DNA from: Octopus sinensis
Taxonomy: Eukaryota
Reading direction: 5' to 3'
Assembly (NCBI RefSeq): GCF_006345805.1
Contig: NC_043014.1
Location: 35,960,001 to 36,024,000 of the forward strand
Length of the DNA stretch: 64,000 nucleotides
Part shown: positions 28,000 to 41,178 of the stretch, one piece after another
How the letters are laid out: every line of letters starts with the position of its first letter
Position numbering within the stretch: the first letter of the stretch is position 1
Notes under the pieces: generated by a model
Databases searched by the model: none
The model's input: only the letters and a program-made list of their open reading frames with translations
Told to the model about the DNA's origin: nothing
Position numbers and translations under genes: made by a program

Positions 28000-28372
28000 A
28001 TACTTTTATTCTTTTACTTGTTTCAGTCATTTGACTGTGGCCATGCTGGCGCAAATGGACCCCAGGACTTTTTTTTTTTTTGGTAAGCCTAGTACTTATT
28101 CTATCAGGCTCTTTTACTGAACTGCTAAGTTACAGGGGACGTAAACACACCAGCATAAGCTGTCAAGTGATGGGTGGGCGGGAGACAAACACAGACACAC
28201 AAATACATACATATATGACAGGCTTCTTTCAGTTTCTTTCTACAAAATCCACTCACAAGGTTTTGTTCAGCCCAAGGCTACAGTAGAAGACACTTGCTCA
28301 AAGTGCCACGCAGTGGGACTGAACCTGGAACCATGGGGTTGGGAAGCAGTCTTCTTACCACACAGCCACTCA
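28000..28372 (-). mobile_element. SINE family A
   Basis: Homologous, more diverged (an older copy also lies at about 2850-3440). Confidence 0.75.
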
Positions 28373-29078
28373 GGACAGTAGAGTAAGGAAAAGCGAGATA
28401 AATGGTGGCAAGTGCCAGGGCATATCCTGAAGGTACTGAGGTCCTAATATAAATGATAGGATATTGCCAAGAACGGTGCAAGTAGATGAGTTGGGGGAAA
28501 GCAACAATACAGTGAGCAGGGCAGTGAGGACAAGATTGGGAAGTGGGAAATAATCATAGCGGATGAAGAGGAAATGTGAGGAAGAGAAGAGATGAGAGTT
28601 TGGGAGAGATGTAGTTTGGTATGCTGAGGTAGGGTGTGTGAAAATTTTATTTTATTGTATTGCTAAGTGTGGAAGTGAAACACAATGTTTCTAGAACTCA
28701 GGTTCTCTGACATGGACATGTCTTCCCATCCAACCCATGTAAGCATGGAAAAGCGGATGTTAAAAAATAAAAATATGTATGTATGTGTGTGTGTATATAT
28801 AAGTTAATATTTGAATGTTGGGTATGTTCCTAGTAAAGCACATTCACAGTCTATGGGTACCTGATGTCATCCACGGTAATTGCTCAATTGTCGCTAGATC
28901 TACCTCAGGAATTCCTTAGTGTGTGTTGAGTATAAAACAAATAATAGAGATGGTATTTGGAATACGCAGGAAGTTTTACTGCTCACACTGTTCACTCGAC
29001 AATGCAGGATGTATCGGAATGATTGTTGTGAGCAATAAAGTTTCCTATGCATTCCATATCCTATCATGTCTTATATAT

Positions 29079-29127
<49 letters not shown>

Positions 29128-31619
29128 GCCACACACACACATATATATATATATACACACACACAAATATACACATATAAACACATATACATGCCAGGCC
29201 TGCCTGCCTGACTGGCTCCTGTGCCAGTGGGACGTAAAAAGCACCCACTACACTCTCAGAGTGGTTGGCATTAGGAAGGGCAACCAGCTGTAAAAACACT
29301 GCCAGATCAGATTGGAGCCTGGTGCAGTCACTGGCTCTCCAGACCTCAGTCAAGCCGTCTAACCCATGGCAGCATGGAAAAACAGACATTAAATAGAGGA
29401 TAACATACATACACACACAGATATATATATATACATACATACATACATGGCAAGCTATATATATATACATACATACATGGCAAGCTAAGTATCATGATAG
29501 TTATCATCATAATAGCTTTTAGAATTAACAAGTGATTAACAAGTGAAAAACACTATAAACTCATTTCCAACTTTGTTTTGTTAAAAGCCAGCTGATGCGC
29601 ATCTGAAGTGTACTGTCAACAACATTATCACATACCTCACTCCCTTAACACACACACACACACATAATGCCAGGAGCTTAAAGTGTAATTTGCAAAATAT
29701 CCCTAAATGGAATCTCACATTTCCCTGTTACAGGATATAAATACTTCATGGAAAGACTAATCTAAAGTAGAAAGGAAATATATGCAGTGACACAGAGTCA
29801 GAAAATATGTACAAGTGATAAGCAGTACTCTTTTTTTTAATGATTCAAAAATTTTTCAGTCTAATTATTTTCAAAGTAAATTTAGAATTTCACTGAATTT
29901 ATCTATATTCTGAAAAGCATGAGGAAATCCATTTATTATTATTATTTTTTTTTTAATGTCTTTTTAACCATTTTTACTTCGAACAATATTGATCTCCAGC
30001 TTTGGAATAAGGTCACAGCTCTATTGGGATACATATAATCAATTTAATCAACCCCTACCTTATGACTTGTAATTACCTCTATTGATGTCAGAAGAAAAAA
30101 AAAAAAACTAAGATTGAGCCTGGCGGGATTTCTAATTTGCAATAATAGTGGGATGGAATGAAAATACTGTATAAAATTTTGTTTGTTGTCTAGATTTTGC
30201 CAGTCACTCACTGCCTTGTAACAAATGTGTCTGCCACAAGGCATCTTAATTTCTAAGACAAGCTGATAAAACAAATTGCGTTAATTGTTCAAACTGACCA
30301 CACCCAATTTTGTTGACACAGTATCTCAGACTGTTTTCCCAAAAAAAAAAAAAAAACACAGGGGAAATTACATATACAGAAAGTAGACTATCATATGTGC
30401 GCGCGCATGTGTGTGTGTGCATATTCATGTGTGTGTATCTGTCCCATAGTCTTGACATTGCATTAATGTTGTAAATGACTGTCATTCATTTCCAATATTC
30501 TATGAAAGCAAGACAGGCCATGGGGAAATATTACCTAGCTTGGAAACAAGGGTTGGCAACAAGACCGGTATCTGGTTATAGAGAATCTGCCTCAATAAAC
30601 TCAGTCTGATCCATGCAAACATGGAAAAGTGGACATTAAAACGATGATGATGACTGAATCAACCTTCATTCATGCCTTGTTTTTCATTTTAATGAACTCA
30701 TCATCTGGCATGGATAATAAGGCAAAGCCGATTGTGGCAAGATATGAACTCTGAATATAAAGAGGACTACACATAGCATGAGACTTCTTAGCCTGCAATT
30801 TATGCTACAACATTACATTTCCTTTTTATAAATAACTAGAAAAAAACACAACCTTCCAGGTGGTTTTCACCTAGTTTATATAATTATCTTGGCTTTTGTA
30901 AATATAGATGTTATCCAAATTCTTGATGGCAGGGCCATGATTTCAGGGGGAATTCGGTTGCTCTTTATAGCAGGTCAAGCAACCACACAATCTTTTCCAT
31001 ACTGGCTTGAAGAAAACTTGGTTGATGTAGTTCCGTCCTAGATCAACCTTGACCAAACAGACCTATTATGAAAGATGTTTCAGTCACAAACATCCTGTTT
31101 TTCTGCCTGTCAATATAACTATGCTGTCCAATATATCCTTCACTTAAGATGATAGAATGTGATTCGAGAGAGAATGAGCCACTATATTCTACAGGTTAAA
31201 CGACCAAATAGAAGCTCTTTTGTTGATTATGGATACCAACTGACATGTACTGGTAACAATTTATACAGGGAACATAAAGCTGAGCAATAATACAGCAAGT
31301 AAGACAATCTTAGCTGCCCAAAAACTTGTATTTTCTGCTTTATTATAGAGAGATGGTTAGTATAAGAGGTGTTGAGTCTCAATTGCATGGAGAGATATAT
31401 TTACAGATAGATATACATATTTACATTAGATAAAAATAAGAATGCACCATCTTAAACTTTATCAAAAATCAACAGTATGTGTGAATCTATAATTCTTAAT
31501 TTGTTTTAAAAACGAAAGTTTTCAAAAAGGTGGGAAATGAATAAGGAATTGAAATCCTAAAATACCTTATGAGACTGAAGACCAAAGATAATTAGGAAGA
31601 AAGATAAAACCTAAACCAA

Positions 31620-31872
31620 CAAGTTGAGTATCATACCTATTTCTTTACTACCCACAAGGGGCCAAACACAGAGGAGACAAACAAGGACAGACACACGGAT
31701 TAAGTCGATTATATCGACCCCAGTGCATAACTGGTACTTATTTAATCGACCCCAAAAGGATGAAAAGCAAAGTCGACCTCGGCGGAATTTGAACTCAGAA
31801 CCTAATGGCGGACGAAATACCACAAAGCATTTCGCCCAGCGTGCTAACGATTCTGCCAGCTCGCCGCCCTGA
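31620..31872 (-). mobile_element. tRNA-derived SINE family E, well-preserved copy (near-identical copy 60340-60580)
   Basis: Head ggcggcgagctggcagaatcgttag..gagttcaaattccgcc, centre tttcatcc(t)tttggggtcgat..aagtaccag. Confidence 0.8.
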
Positions 31873-32450
31873 GTATCATACCATCTTTAATCTGCCTGTC
31901 TGTCTGTCCTGGTTATGACAGCTGCAAGCATTCATGACATTATTTTTTGGGTCTTACTGTTGCTCAAGCTTTGAATTTGAATAATAATATCATCAGGTAC
32001 ACACATATATATTTACATACATACAATAGGCCACAAACATATACATACACAGCACTATGAACTGTAATGGAACTGATGTTTTGCCTGCTTCTAAACAATT
32101 TAAATAATGATAATGTTGATTTATTAGAGTGACATAAAGCCACATATTTGTGAGGGAGGGGGTGAATGAATCAACTACCAGTATTATACTAATACTGATT
32201 TTAATTGACCCCTCCCTGCTCCAGGGGTGAGTGGATGGAAGGCAAACTGAAGCCTGGTGGTACCTGAACAGAATGTAGAGAAATTCTTTAACTAAATATA
32301 GCAAAGTATTAAGTTTGATGCTCTACTACTTCTTTCATCCAACCCACACAAATAGAAGTAATCATAATAATGATGATGATGATAATCCTTCTGAAACTTT
32401 CTTTTTTAAAAAAAAAAAAAATGTACATGATGAGAAAATACTAGAAAATT

Positions 32451-32792
32451 TCAATTTCTCGTCAATTTTGCAATTTCTACCTCCGCATAAGGGGTTTCAG
32501 TTCTGGGTATATACTTGGAACGACGTGACTTCGAATCTTCCACAGCGAGTTGAAGCTCAGCATAGTGCAGTTGGTCTTGTAGGCCCACAGGCGGCGGGTG
32601 ATTGGGTTTGGACGGAGGTGGTGGTGGTGGTGGTGGGGGATAGGGCTCATCCAACTCATCCATCTGATCAGTGGCGTCGCCGTGAGACGGGAGAAACTCG
32701 GAGCCCTTTTTGGGATGATGTCGTCTGCTACCTTTTGCTTTGTTATTTTCATACACATGGTTGTCTGTCAGCGCCTCTGATGGTTCACTCTG
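32451..32792 (-). CDS. Terminal coding exon of a minus-strand gene; cytoplasmic tail of a probable ITIM/ITSM-bearing receptor (family not identifiable from this exon)
   Basis: Open frame (Q)SEPSEALTDNHVYENN...EPYPPPPPPPPPSKP...QLHYAELQL...TETPYAEVEIAKLTRN* ending in TGA at 32451-32453. GC-rich relative to flanks. Pyrimidine tract plus phase-0 acceptor (ctcctttttggcctatttccag/cag) at 32793/32790. The ORF-track Met at 32807 is probably intronic. Confidence 0.8.
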   Translation of the reverse strand, partial: QSEPSEALTDNHVYENNKAKGSRRHHPKKGSEFLPSHGDATDQMDELDEPYPPPPPPPPPSKPNHPPPVGLQDQLHYAELQLAVEDSKSRRSKYIPRTETPYAEVEIAKLTRN

Positions 32793-32961
32793 CTGGAAAT
32801 AGGCCAAAAAGGAGTCATACTAGATCACCCAAAACTAACTAAACAGTTATACAATACAGGTATAAATTTAAAAAAAAAAAAAAAAAATCAATGATGGTAA
32901 TGAAGATAATGATGATGATGATTTCTAATAAAAATGATAATAAAAACAATATAAATAATAA

Positions 32962-33600
32962 TGGTTTCAAATTTTTATCACAAGGCCAGTAATTTTTTAT
33001 GAGAGAGGGGAGTCATTTACATCAATCCCAGAACTTGACTGGTAGCTATTTTATTGACCCAGAAGGATGGAAGGCAAAGTCGACCATGGCAGAATTTGAA
33101 CTCACAACATAAGGACAGACAAAATGCTGTGAAATATTTTGTCCAGCATGCTAATACTTCAACCAGCTTGCCACCTTTAAAAATAATTATAATAATCCCT
33201 TCTACTATAAGCACAGGGCCTGAAATTTTGGGGGAGGGGACTAGTTGATTACATCAACTCCAGGGTTTCACTGGTACTTGATTTATTGACCCTGAAAGGG
33301 TGAAAGGAAAAGTTGACCTCGGCAGAATTTGAACTCAGTATGTAAAAATGGACGAAATATCACTGACCATTTCGTCTGGAGTGCTAACAATTCTGCCAGC
33401 TCTCTACCTTAATACTACTACTACTAATAATAATAATCATGGCCTCTGATTTAGGCACAAGGCTAACAATTTTGAGAGGAAGGAGTTAGTCAATACCATC
33501 AGTCTTGAAACTTGACCTGGTACTTGATCTTTCCAACCCCCAGTGATGAAAGACAAGGCTGATCTCAGTAAGATTTGAATAACTAATAAACACTGTGTAA
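32962..33600 (-). repeat. Three head-to-tail SINE-E copies separated by (AAT)n
   Basis: Approximately 32962-33178, 33195-33410 and 33437-33600. Confidence 0.75.
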
Positions 33601-34129
33601 TACAATTTTTGTCCTTGGGTAGCAACTGTTATTTTCTATATGCTTACTCCTAGAAAGTATGAAAAATGGGCCAATATTTCCTTCAAACTTTGCTTTTGTT
33701 ACATTTATTCAAACCCCAAAGAATCCCTCTCGACACATCACTGTGATGCTTCCCTACTACTCCTGTTCATGGTCAGAGATGCACTATTATCAGCCACTAA
33801 GGGACATATCCAAGTGGTTCAGGTCAAGCAAATCTGTGGCATTGAGCAGAATATTTGCTATAATGATATTTCTGCTTCAGCAATTGAGCCAGTCAATTTC
33901 AGAACATTGTTGTCCAGGTCACAAAAGCAAAGTTTGCAGGAATAATAGTCATTTTCTTTGATTTCTAAATAGAAGCAAAACGAAATAACCAAAGACTGAA
34001 AACAAAAAAAAATTGTTACACAGTGTAATTCCCATGTAGAGTTTGTTAGCCTTGAACATTTCTATGCTGTATTTTAAGAGGTATCCAATTCTTAAGAATG
34101 ATGATGATGATTTTAGGTAAGAATGGTCT

Positions 34130-35030
34130 ACTACAATCAAACCTGGTACTTATTTTATTGACATTCAGTACTTTACTGGTACATTACTTTGTTGGCTTAT
34201 GAAAGCCAAAGTTGACTTCATTGAGATTTGAAATCAGAAAGGAAAGCACCCACAAAGCATTTTGTCAAGTCCTAATTTATCAACAATAAAGTCCTAGATT
34301 TAAGCACAAGTCCAGTAATCCTGCAATAAACCAGCATCCCATCCAGGGAGGAATATATATGCCAGAAGAACCAGGAACCCCACTATGTTCCTTACAACAT
34401 AATGTGGACTAACCCAGCAATTTTGAAAGGAGTGGGTAAAGTCAGTAGCATCAACTCCATTTCGTAACTGGTACTTATTTTACTGACTCTGAAAGGAAGA
34501 AAGACTAAGTTGACCATGGCAGAATTTTAACAGACCATAAAGAGCCTGAACAAATGCTGCAAAGCGGTTTTACCAATACTCTAATGATTCTGCCAACTGA
34601 CCACCTTTGATTTCTGACATAGGCACAAAGCCAGAAATTTTTAAGGGAGGATGTTAGTTGATAACATTGACCCTAACAAAAAAATAACTGACACTTTATT
34701 TTTGACCGCCAATGAAGTGAACAGTAAAGTTGACCTTGGTGAGATTTGAACTCAGAATGTAAAGAGCCGGAACGAATGCTGCAAAGCATTTTTCTGATAT
34801 TCAAATGATTCAACAATAATAATATTAATGGCTTCAAATTTTGGTCATAAATTTTTAAAGGCTGGTTGGCTCATTGAATACATTGACCCCAGTCCTAAAC
34901 TGGTACTTATTTTTATCAATTCCTGAGAGTATGCAAAGTAAAGTTGACACCAGTGGAATCTGAACTTAGAAAATATGTCACTAAGCATTTATTCCAATAC
35001 ACTTATGATCCTGCCAGCTTGCCATCTTAC
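34130..35030 (-). repeat. Four head-to-tail SINE-E copies
   Basis: Repeated actggtacttatttt..aaagttgacc..gaatttgaactcagaa modules. Confidence 0.7.
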
Positions 35031-36169
35031 TACAACTGCTACTACCTACCACCACTAAGAAGAAGGAGAAGTGTGGTGAAACTTCTCAGAATTTAGTTGC
35101 GTTCATATTTTAAATACCACCAGTTACAACTTTGCCTTTCATTCTTTCGAAGAGCCTACGAAAATAACAAGAATCAATTTACTTGGATATCTACCCATCT
35201 TTCCCAATCTGTAAAAAGTGACCTGATTTTTTTCTATTCATATTTACTATGAAATTTACTGCTCATATTTTCAAAATGGTTTGAATGTTACAACCTCATT
35301 TCCCTCCAAGCTTCTCTTAGAATATAGTTCTTCTCTATCACAAAGGCAAATTAACTATAATTTTTTTTACAAGACAGTTTTTCCTTAAGTAGAAGGATGG
35401 TAGTCAAATCTATCTATTTAACTATCCATGTATATTGTATGTATTTATGTATGTATGCATGCATGCATGCATGCAAGTGATGGTAGTATCTTATAGTCTG
35501 AGAAAGAAGGTTCTGCAATTTTTTGCTGAACAACCTGCACAAAAGATTTGTTTATAGCGATCAGATGCATGTGCTGTGAATTAGTTCACTCCCTCTGTTA
35601 ACTTGACATTTTCTGAACAGGTGCCCAGTCACATGTCAGGTGCATGGTTACATGCCAGGTGTTAAAGTGATAGCAGAGCAATGTATGATGAAATGCTTAG
35701 CTTAAGAACACAATGAAACCATGACCTCCCAATCATGAGTGCAACACCCTAACCTCTATATCATGTTCCGTCATGCATGTTTGTTTGTTTTGGTGAACCT
35801 TTACATGATATTACAGTTCAACACTTGATGCACAGTTTTTTTACACTTTCTATTATGTGTTGCATGCTATGGCTGGCTTTAAATGAGAAAGGCAAAGCAT
35901 TTCATGAGAAATTCCATGATGAAATCGAAGTGTCAGTGTTGGTGGTAAACTCCCTCGACTCCTGCTGTAAGAGGTGTCCTTCATCAACACATCTATGCAA
36001 ATGAGTGTAGGTCCCTAGCAGGATTGAAAAGCCACATCCATACTCATGTTTAAGAGAACAATAAAGCAATGACATTGCTTAGAATTAAGTTGCAGCCATC
36101 ATGTTTGTACCTAGCTGTGATGGGGGGGGGGGGTCTCGTTTAAGGTGCAAAGAACTTAGCAAGTGGGTT

Positions 36170-37030
36170 AACAGTATGTTGTTAGCATTGTATTAATAAT
36201 AGAGAGCAGGGATATTTGGGGGGAATATTTGGATATTTGGAGCAAGGATAAGTGGAAAATGTATGACAATAAAAGATATGAAGGTGAAAATTGGAAAGAC
36301 AAAGGTGATGGCAAGCGTTAAAGCATGCGGTAAGGAGGAAAGAACAGGAAAGTAGGCATGTACAGTTCTAAGGAAGATTTTGGAATTAATTCCATTAAGT
36401 GTACAGTACTGGGTGAGTTTATTAAAAATGACTTGAAGTGAGAGTTGTTAATGTGACACTAACAGTTATAAGTAAGATGGATATAGAAGAAGCTATCAAT
36501 GGAGGTAATTTTGAAGTTGGATCTTGGGAATGGTGTGAAAATATTTTGTTACCTGGGAAATATATTGAGTGGAGATGGGGGAATCAGACTCAAAGATGGT
36601 AGTAGCTAGAGTGAGATGCAGATGGAAAAAAGTTTCAGGAAATAGTGTGGCGTGCTAACAAGAGAAGTGTCACTGAAATCGAAGGTGCACACTGTATGTA
36701 TGAGAATTGCTGTGGTTTATGGAAGTGAGATATGGGTAATGTATATATGCAGTGGGAGCTGAAAAAAACTCAGAATGGAGAATGGCTTGGTGGATGAGAA
36801 GATTATTACACAGGAAGAGAGAAGAGGAGGAAGAAGGAGGGAAGAAGAGAAATGATGAATTGAAGAGAAGGGTAAGAATAGAGCCAATGATGGCTGTTGT
36901 TAAGAGAAATGGAATGATATGGTTGGATCATATGCTGAAGGAAAAGAAAAGTGGTTAGGTGATAGGTATAATGGAAATGAATGTGGAAGGAAACAAAGGA
37001 CTAGGAGAGACCGAGAAAGACATCACTAAA
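36170..37030 (+). mobile_element. Decayed RTE-clade LINE fragment
   Basis: KIFCYLGNILSGDGG, VYGSEIW, WLDHML motifs, with stops and frameshifts. Confidence 0.75.
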
Positions 37031-37078
37031 AATGATTGAAGAAGAGATGGAAATGAAGACAATTACACACATATGTAT

Positions 37079-37114
<36 letters not shown>

Positions 37115-37974
37115 TTACACTCACACGTTGAAATATATATATATACATGTATATATATACATACATACATGCATGCACACACATATCTTACAGAAAATGA
37201 TGTGTGTTGTATATTTGTACTTTTTCTCTAATATAGGTTTTTCATATTTGACCTCGTTTAGGTAACACTTCAATAATCAAACTTGCCAAATGAAACTGAA
37301 ACAGACACCTCCTCTGATTTTGGCTGCTTTGACTAATATCTCCGTTGCTTCTATATTTTTTTCCGTTTTTTTTTTTCTTCTTTTTTGTTTCAGTGCAATC
37401 ATGCACTTAGCAGCAGTTTTGAACTGGCTCTGCTGCAATGTTAAAATTGATTCTTGTTGCACTCCTTAAAAATCAATTGATCTTCTTATTTCTAAAGTAA
37501 GTTAAGTTAGAAAACGAAGCAAATGCATTTGTTTATGTCTGTTTGTTTGTTGCAGTAGAAACAGTATAGCATCAAACAATATATCCTTTAATGGTTTAAG
37601 TTAATATGATTTCAGAAAGAGCTTGCATGTGGTTGTTTGATGTGCTAGAAATGGCAACCAAATCTCACTAGATATCGCTCTCAACATCTTAAAAGAACAC
37701 AAGTCAGCACAATCAGGGCCCACCAGGGAAAGATTGAACAACAAACATTATTACCGCATTATAACTGGGGAGGTACTGGCAGTGTAAGCAATAGTAGTAT
37801 AATTCAATTAAATTTCTTTACAATATTTTGCTATGTCACTATATTTTTGGAATTAAGTTTTCCAGGATCAACTTTGCTTTTCATCCCTGCTGGGTCAGAA
37901 ACAGAGATAGATATGTCATGTACTGGGTTAATTAAATGATTTCTACCTCAACCACTGTAAATTTAAAACTTATG

Positions 37975-38203
37975 TTAACCCTTTCGTTACTGTATTTATT
38001 TTGAGATGCTCCGTGTTTCTTCTAATTATTTTAAATATAACAAAGAATTTAGTAAAATAACATCGTTATCATTGAGCTAGTGTTAGGAACATAAATTGTG
38101 ACTAAGATTTGGTGGAAGATTTGAATTCAAAATTTATGAAAACAAGACATTTATACTAAAGAGCCAGAGCCGGTTTCAGCCAGGTTGGTAACAAAAGGGT
38201 TAA
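37975..38203. mobile_element. piggyBac-like MITE family 2
   Basis: TTAA-CCCTTTCGTTAC...GTAACAAAAGGG-TTAA; near-identical to 60086-60314. Confidence 0.8.
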
Positions 38204-38549
38204 TCTGAGAAATCCTAGAACTGACATTATGTCAATTTCATTTAAAGATATTATCATTATGACTGTTAAGGTGGTGAGCTGGCAGAACCCTAGTGTATCA
38301 GGCAACATCCTTAGCAGCTTCCTTCTGGTTCTTTATGTTCTGAGTTCAAATTTCTGTAGAGGTCAACTTTGTCTTTCGTCCTTTCAGGGTCAATGAAATA
38401 AGTACCAGTTGAAAGCATTGGGGTCAATGCAATCAACTAACCCCTACCCAAATTGCCAGCCTTGCACCAAAATTTGACACCATTTTCATTATTAGTCATT
38501 GGAATCATAGAATTAGTAGACCAGACAAAATGATGCTCTGTGGTAGTTA

Positions 38550-38938
38550 CTTTTTTACTCTTTTACTTGTCTCAGTCATTTGACCGTGGCCATGCTGGAG
38601 CACTGCCTTTAGTCAAGCAAATCGACCCCAGGACTTATTCTATCGGTCTCTTTTGATGAACCACTAAGTTACGGGGACCTAAACACACCAGCATCAGTTG
38701 TCAAGCGATGTTGGGGTGACAAACATAGACACACAAACATATACACACACATACATATATATATATACATATATACAGCGGGCTTCTTTCAGTTTCCGTC
38801 TACCAAATCCACTCACAAGGCTTTGGTCGGCCCGAGGCTATAGTAGAAGACACTTGCCCAAGGTGCAACGCAGTGGGACTGAACCCGGAACTATGTGGTT
38901 GGTGAGCAAGCTACTTATCATACAGCCACTCCTATGCC
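38550..38938 (-). mobile_element. SINE family A
   Basis: Homologous to 12749-13145. Confidence 0.85.
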
Positions 38939-39214
38939 TTTTACATTATGAATTTAAATTTCAATGAATACAAGAAATTGCCATTCTACAAATGTTAACA
39001 TATTTGACTATAATCTTCCCAGTAGTCTTGATGCCTTAAATCCATGTTAAAAGGATAGCAGAGGATATAAGACATTATAGCCTGAAAACAATTTTGGACA
39101 CCGATGAGAAAGAACAATTTGAGTAGCCTCTTCTGAATACATTTCAGGTCAGGTATTACTTTAGATAATTTCTAAAAGTCTTTGTCTTTTAATCTGTATT
39201 ACAAGGATGCTTTA

Positions 39215-39595
39215 CCGAGATAGGATAAACTCTATGGGCATGGCTAGGTTGTAATGACCAACAATAAAATCTACCAGATGCACAGAGTGACGGTGATAAA
39301 ACTGTCCAGCATGCACCTGCTCAGTGTCTGTGAATAGCTGATTATGGCTTGATGTCAAACTGTTATCACATAATGTGGGACAAATCTGGTAGCTCGAGTG
39401 GAGGAAGTTGTATGGTAGACACAGTTGGCAAATTTGAGGACAGAGCCCTTGGTACTCAGGTTGAGTTAACTTTTTCAAGTGGTGTTTGAAAAGGAAGGTG
39501 AAGGTAGTAATAAGGTGCTAATTTCTAATAAATTTCATGAAATGTAGGTGAGAATGGTGAAACTGGCTAGGCTAATTGGGCCCTAAATATTCCAA
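39215..39595 (+). mobile_element. Tx1/L1-like LINE ORF2 C-terminal remnant
   Basis: PRC..DKTVQHA..QC.., VNFFKWCLKRKVKV; homologous to the 62 kb fragments. Confidence 0.55.
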
Positions 39596-40094
39596 TAATA
39601 ATAATAATAATGGCTTCAAATTTTTATTATAGGTGCAATGCTTGAAATTTTGGAGGAAGGAGCAATTGATTGCATTGACTCCAATGATCAACTTGTACAT
39701 ATTTCATTGACCCCTGAAAAGATGAAAGACAAAGTCATCTTCAACAGCATTTGAACTCAGAACATAAAGTTATAATAACAAAACCAATTTATATTACTAT
39801 AAGGAGAATGATAGAAATGGTAAAGTGCCATACTAAATGCTTTGTGGCATATGTTTATATCTCTGTACATTCAGAGCTAAAATCTCGCTGAGGGTCAACT
39901 GCCTTTCATTTAACTTCTCTGAAGTACCAGCAATGTATCTGTGTTTGATTCAATCAACAATCCACCCTGTTTCTATACAATTCAGTTCTTTGCCTTTCAC
40001 CCTTCCAAAGAACCTATCAACAACTGTGATCCACACAGCTGACTATACACTTGTTCACATTTTCTGGCCTTGTATTAATGTAACAAAATGATCT

Positions 40095-40470
40095 ATTAGG
40101 TGTGCCTGTGTGGTAAGAAGCTTGCTTCCCAAACACATGGTTCTGGGTTCAGTCCCACTGCTTAGCATCTTGGGCAAGTGTTTTCTGCTAAAGCCGCAGG
40201 TCAACCAAAGCCTTGTGAGTGGATTTGGTAGATGGAAACTGAAAGAAGCCCATCATACATATGTGTGTGTGTGTGTGTCTTTGTGTCTGTCTTTGTCCCC
40301 AACCACGGCTTGACAACCAGTGTTGGTGTGTCTATGTCCCTTGTAATTTAGCATTTCAGCAAAAGAGATTGATAGAATAAGTACGAGGCTTAAAAAAATA
40401 AACAAAGTACTGGGTTTGGTTCGGTGCCTCAGCATGGCTGCAGTCAGATGACTGAAACAAGCCAAAGATA
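40095..40470 (+). mobile_element. SINE family A
   Basis: Homologous to 5360-5746. Confidence 0.8.
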
Positions 40471-41178
40471 ATTGTTATTACAATTTAGTTAGGTATATTT
40501 GGCACCAACAATATATGGCTCTTAACTTCTGTAAATCAAATCGCAGACCCTGTATGTGTTAAGATTTACCTTTCTTATGAAGAAGAAAAAAGATTATCAT
40601 TATCATCATATAAAATCTGTTTTCCATGATGGTATGATTTTTATGGCTGGATGCCCTTCCTAACATCAACCACTTTACAGAGAGTACTGGGTGCTTTTAT
40701 GCAGTACTGGCATAGGTGCTTTTTACATGGCACCAGCACATATGAGCTCACAAAATTAGGAAAGCCCAACTGAAGAGGGATGCAGGGACCATGCCTGTAT
40801 GCTAGGGCAACCATGCCTTTGCTTAGCTTGGCAGGTCTCCTCAAACACAACAAACCACCAGGAGCCTCAGTCCCTTGTCATACCCCACTGTGAGGCCCAA
40901 CATAATGGTAAAACACTGGATACACACCCAGGGTTGATTTTTTATGGATTTCACAACTGTCCTTAATAGAAAAACAACTGTTAGAAAGAAAAAAAAACCT
41001 ATAACACTCCTAAAAACATAAAACTGAAATAAATGCAATAAATAGGTGTAATCATCATCATCATTGTAACTAACAATACATATTATCATCATCAAAAATT
41101 TCAAAAGTTCATTTGTTCCATCTCAACCATCACCACCACCACCAAAATCTTATATTATCTGATTATTGCACATGGTAC

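Noticed and set aside
32315-32842. 175-aa plus-strand ORF, plus alternative-frame ORFs 32477-32758 and 32598-32780
   Set aside because: Antisense or off-frame shadows of the real minus-strand exon.
35174-35199. 26-nt possible minus-strand microexon
   Set aside because: Short pyrimidine tract and a location next to a SINE remnant; unsupported.
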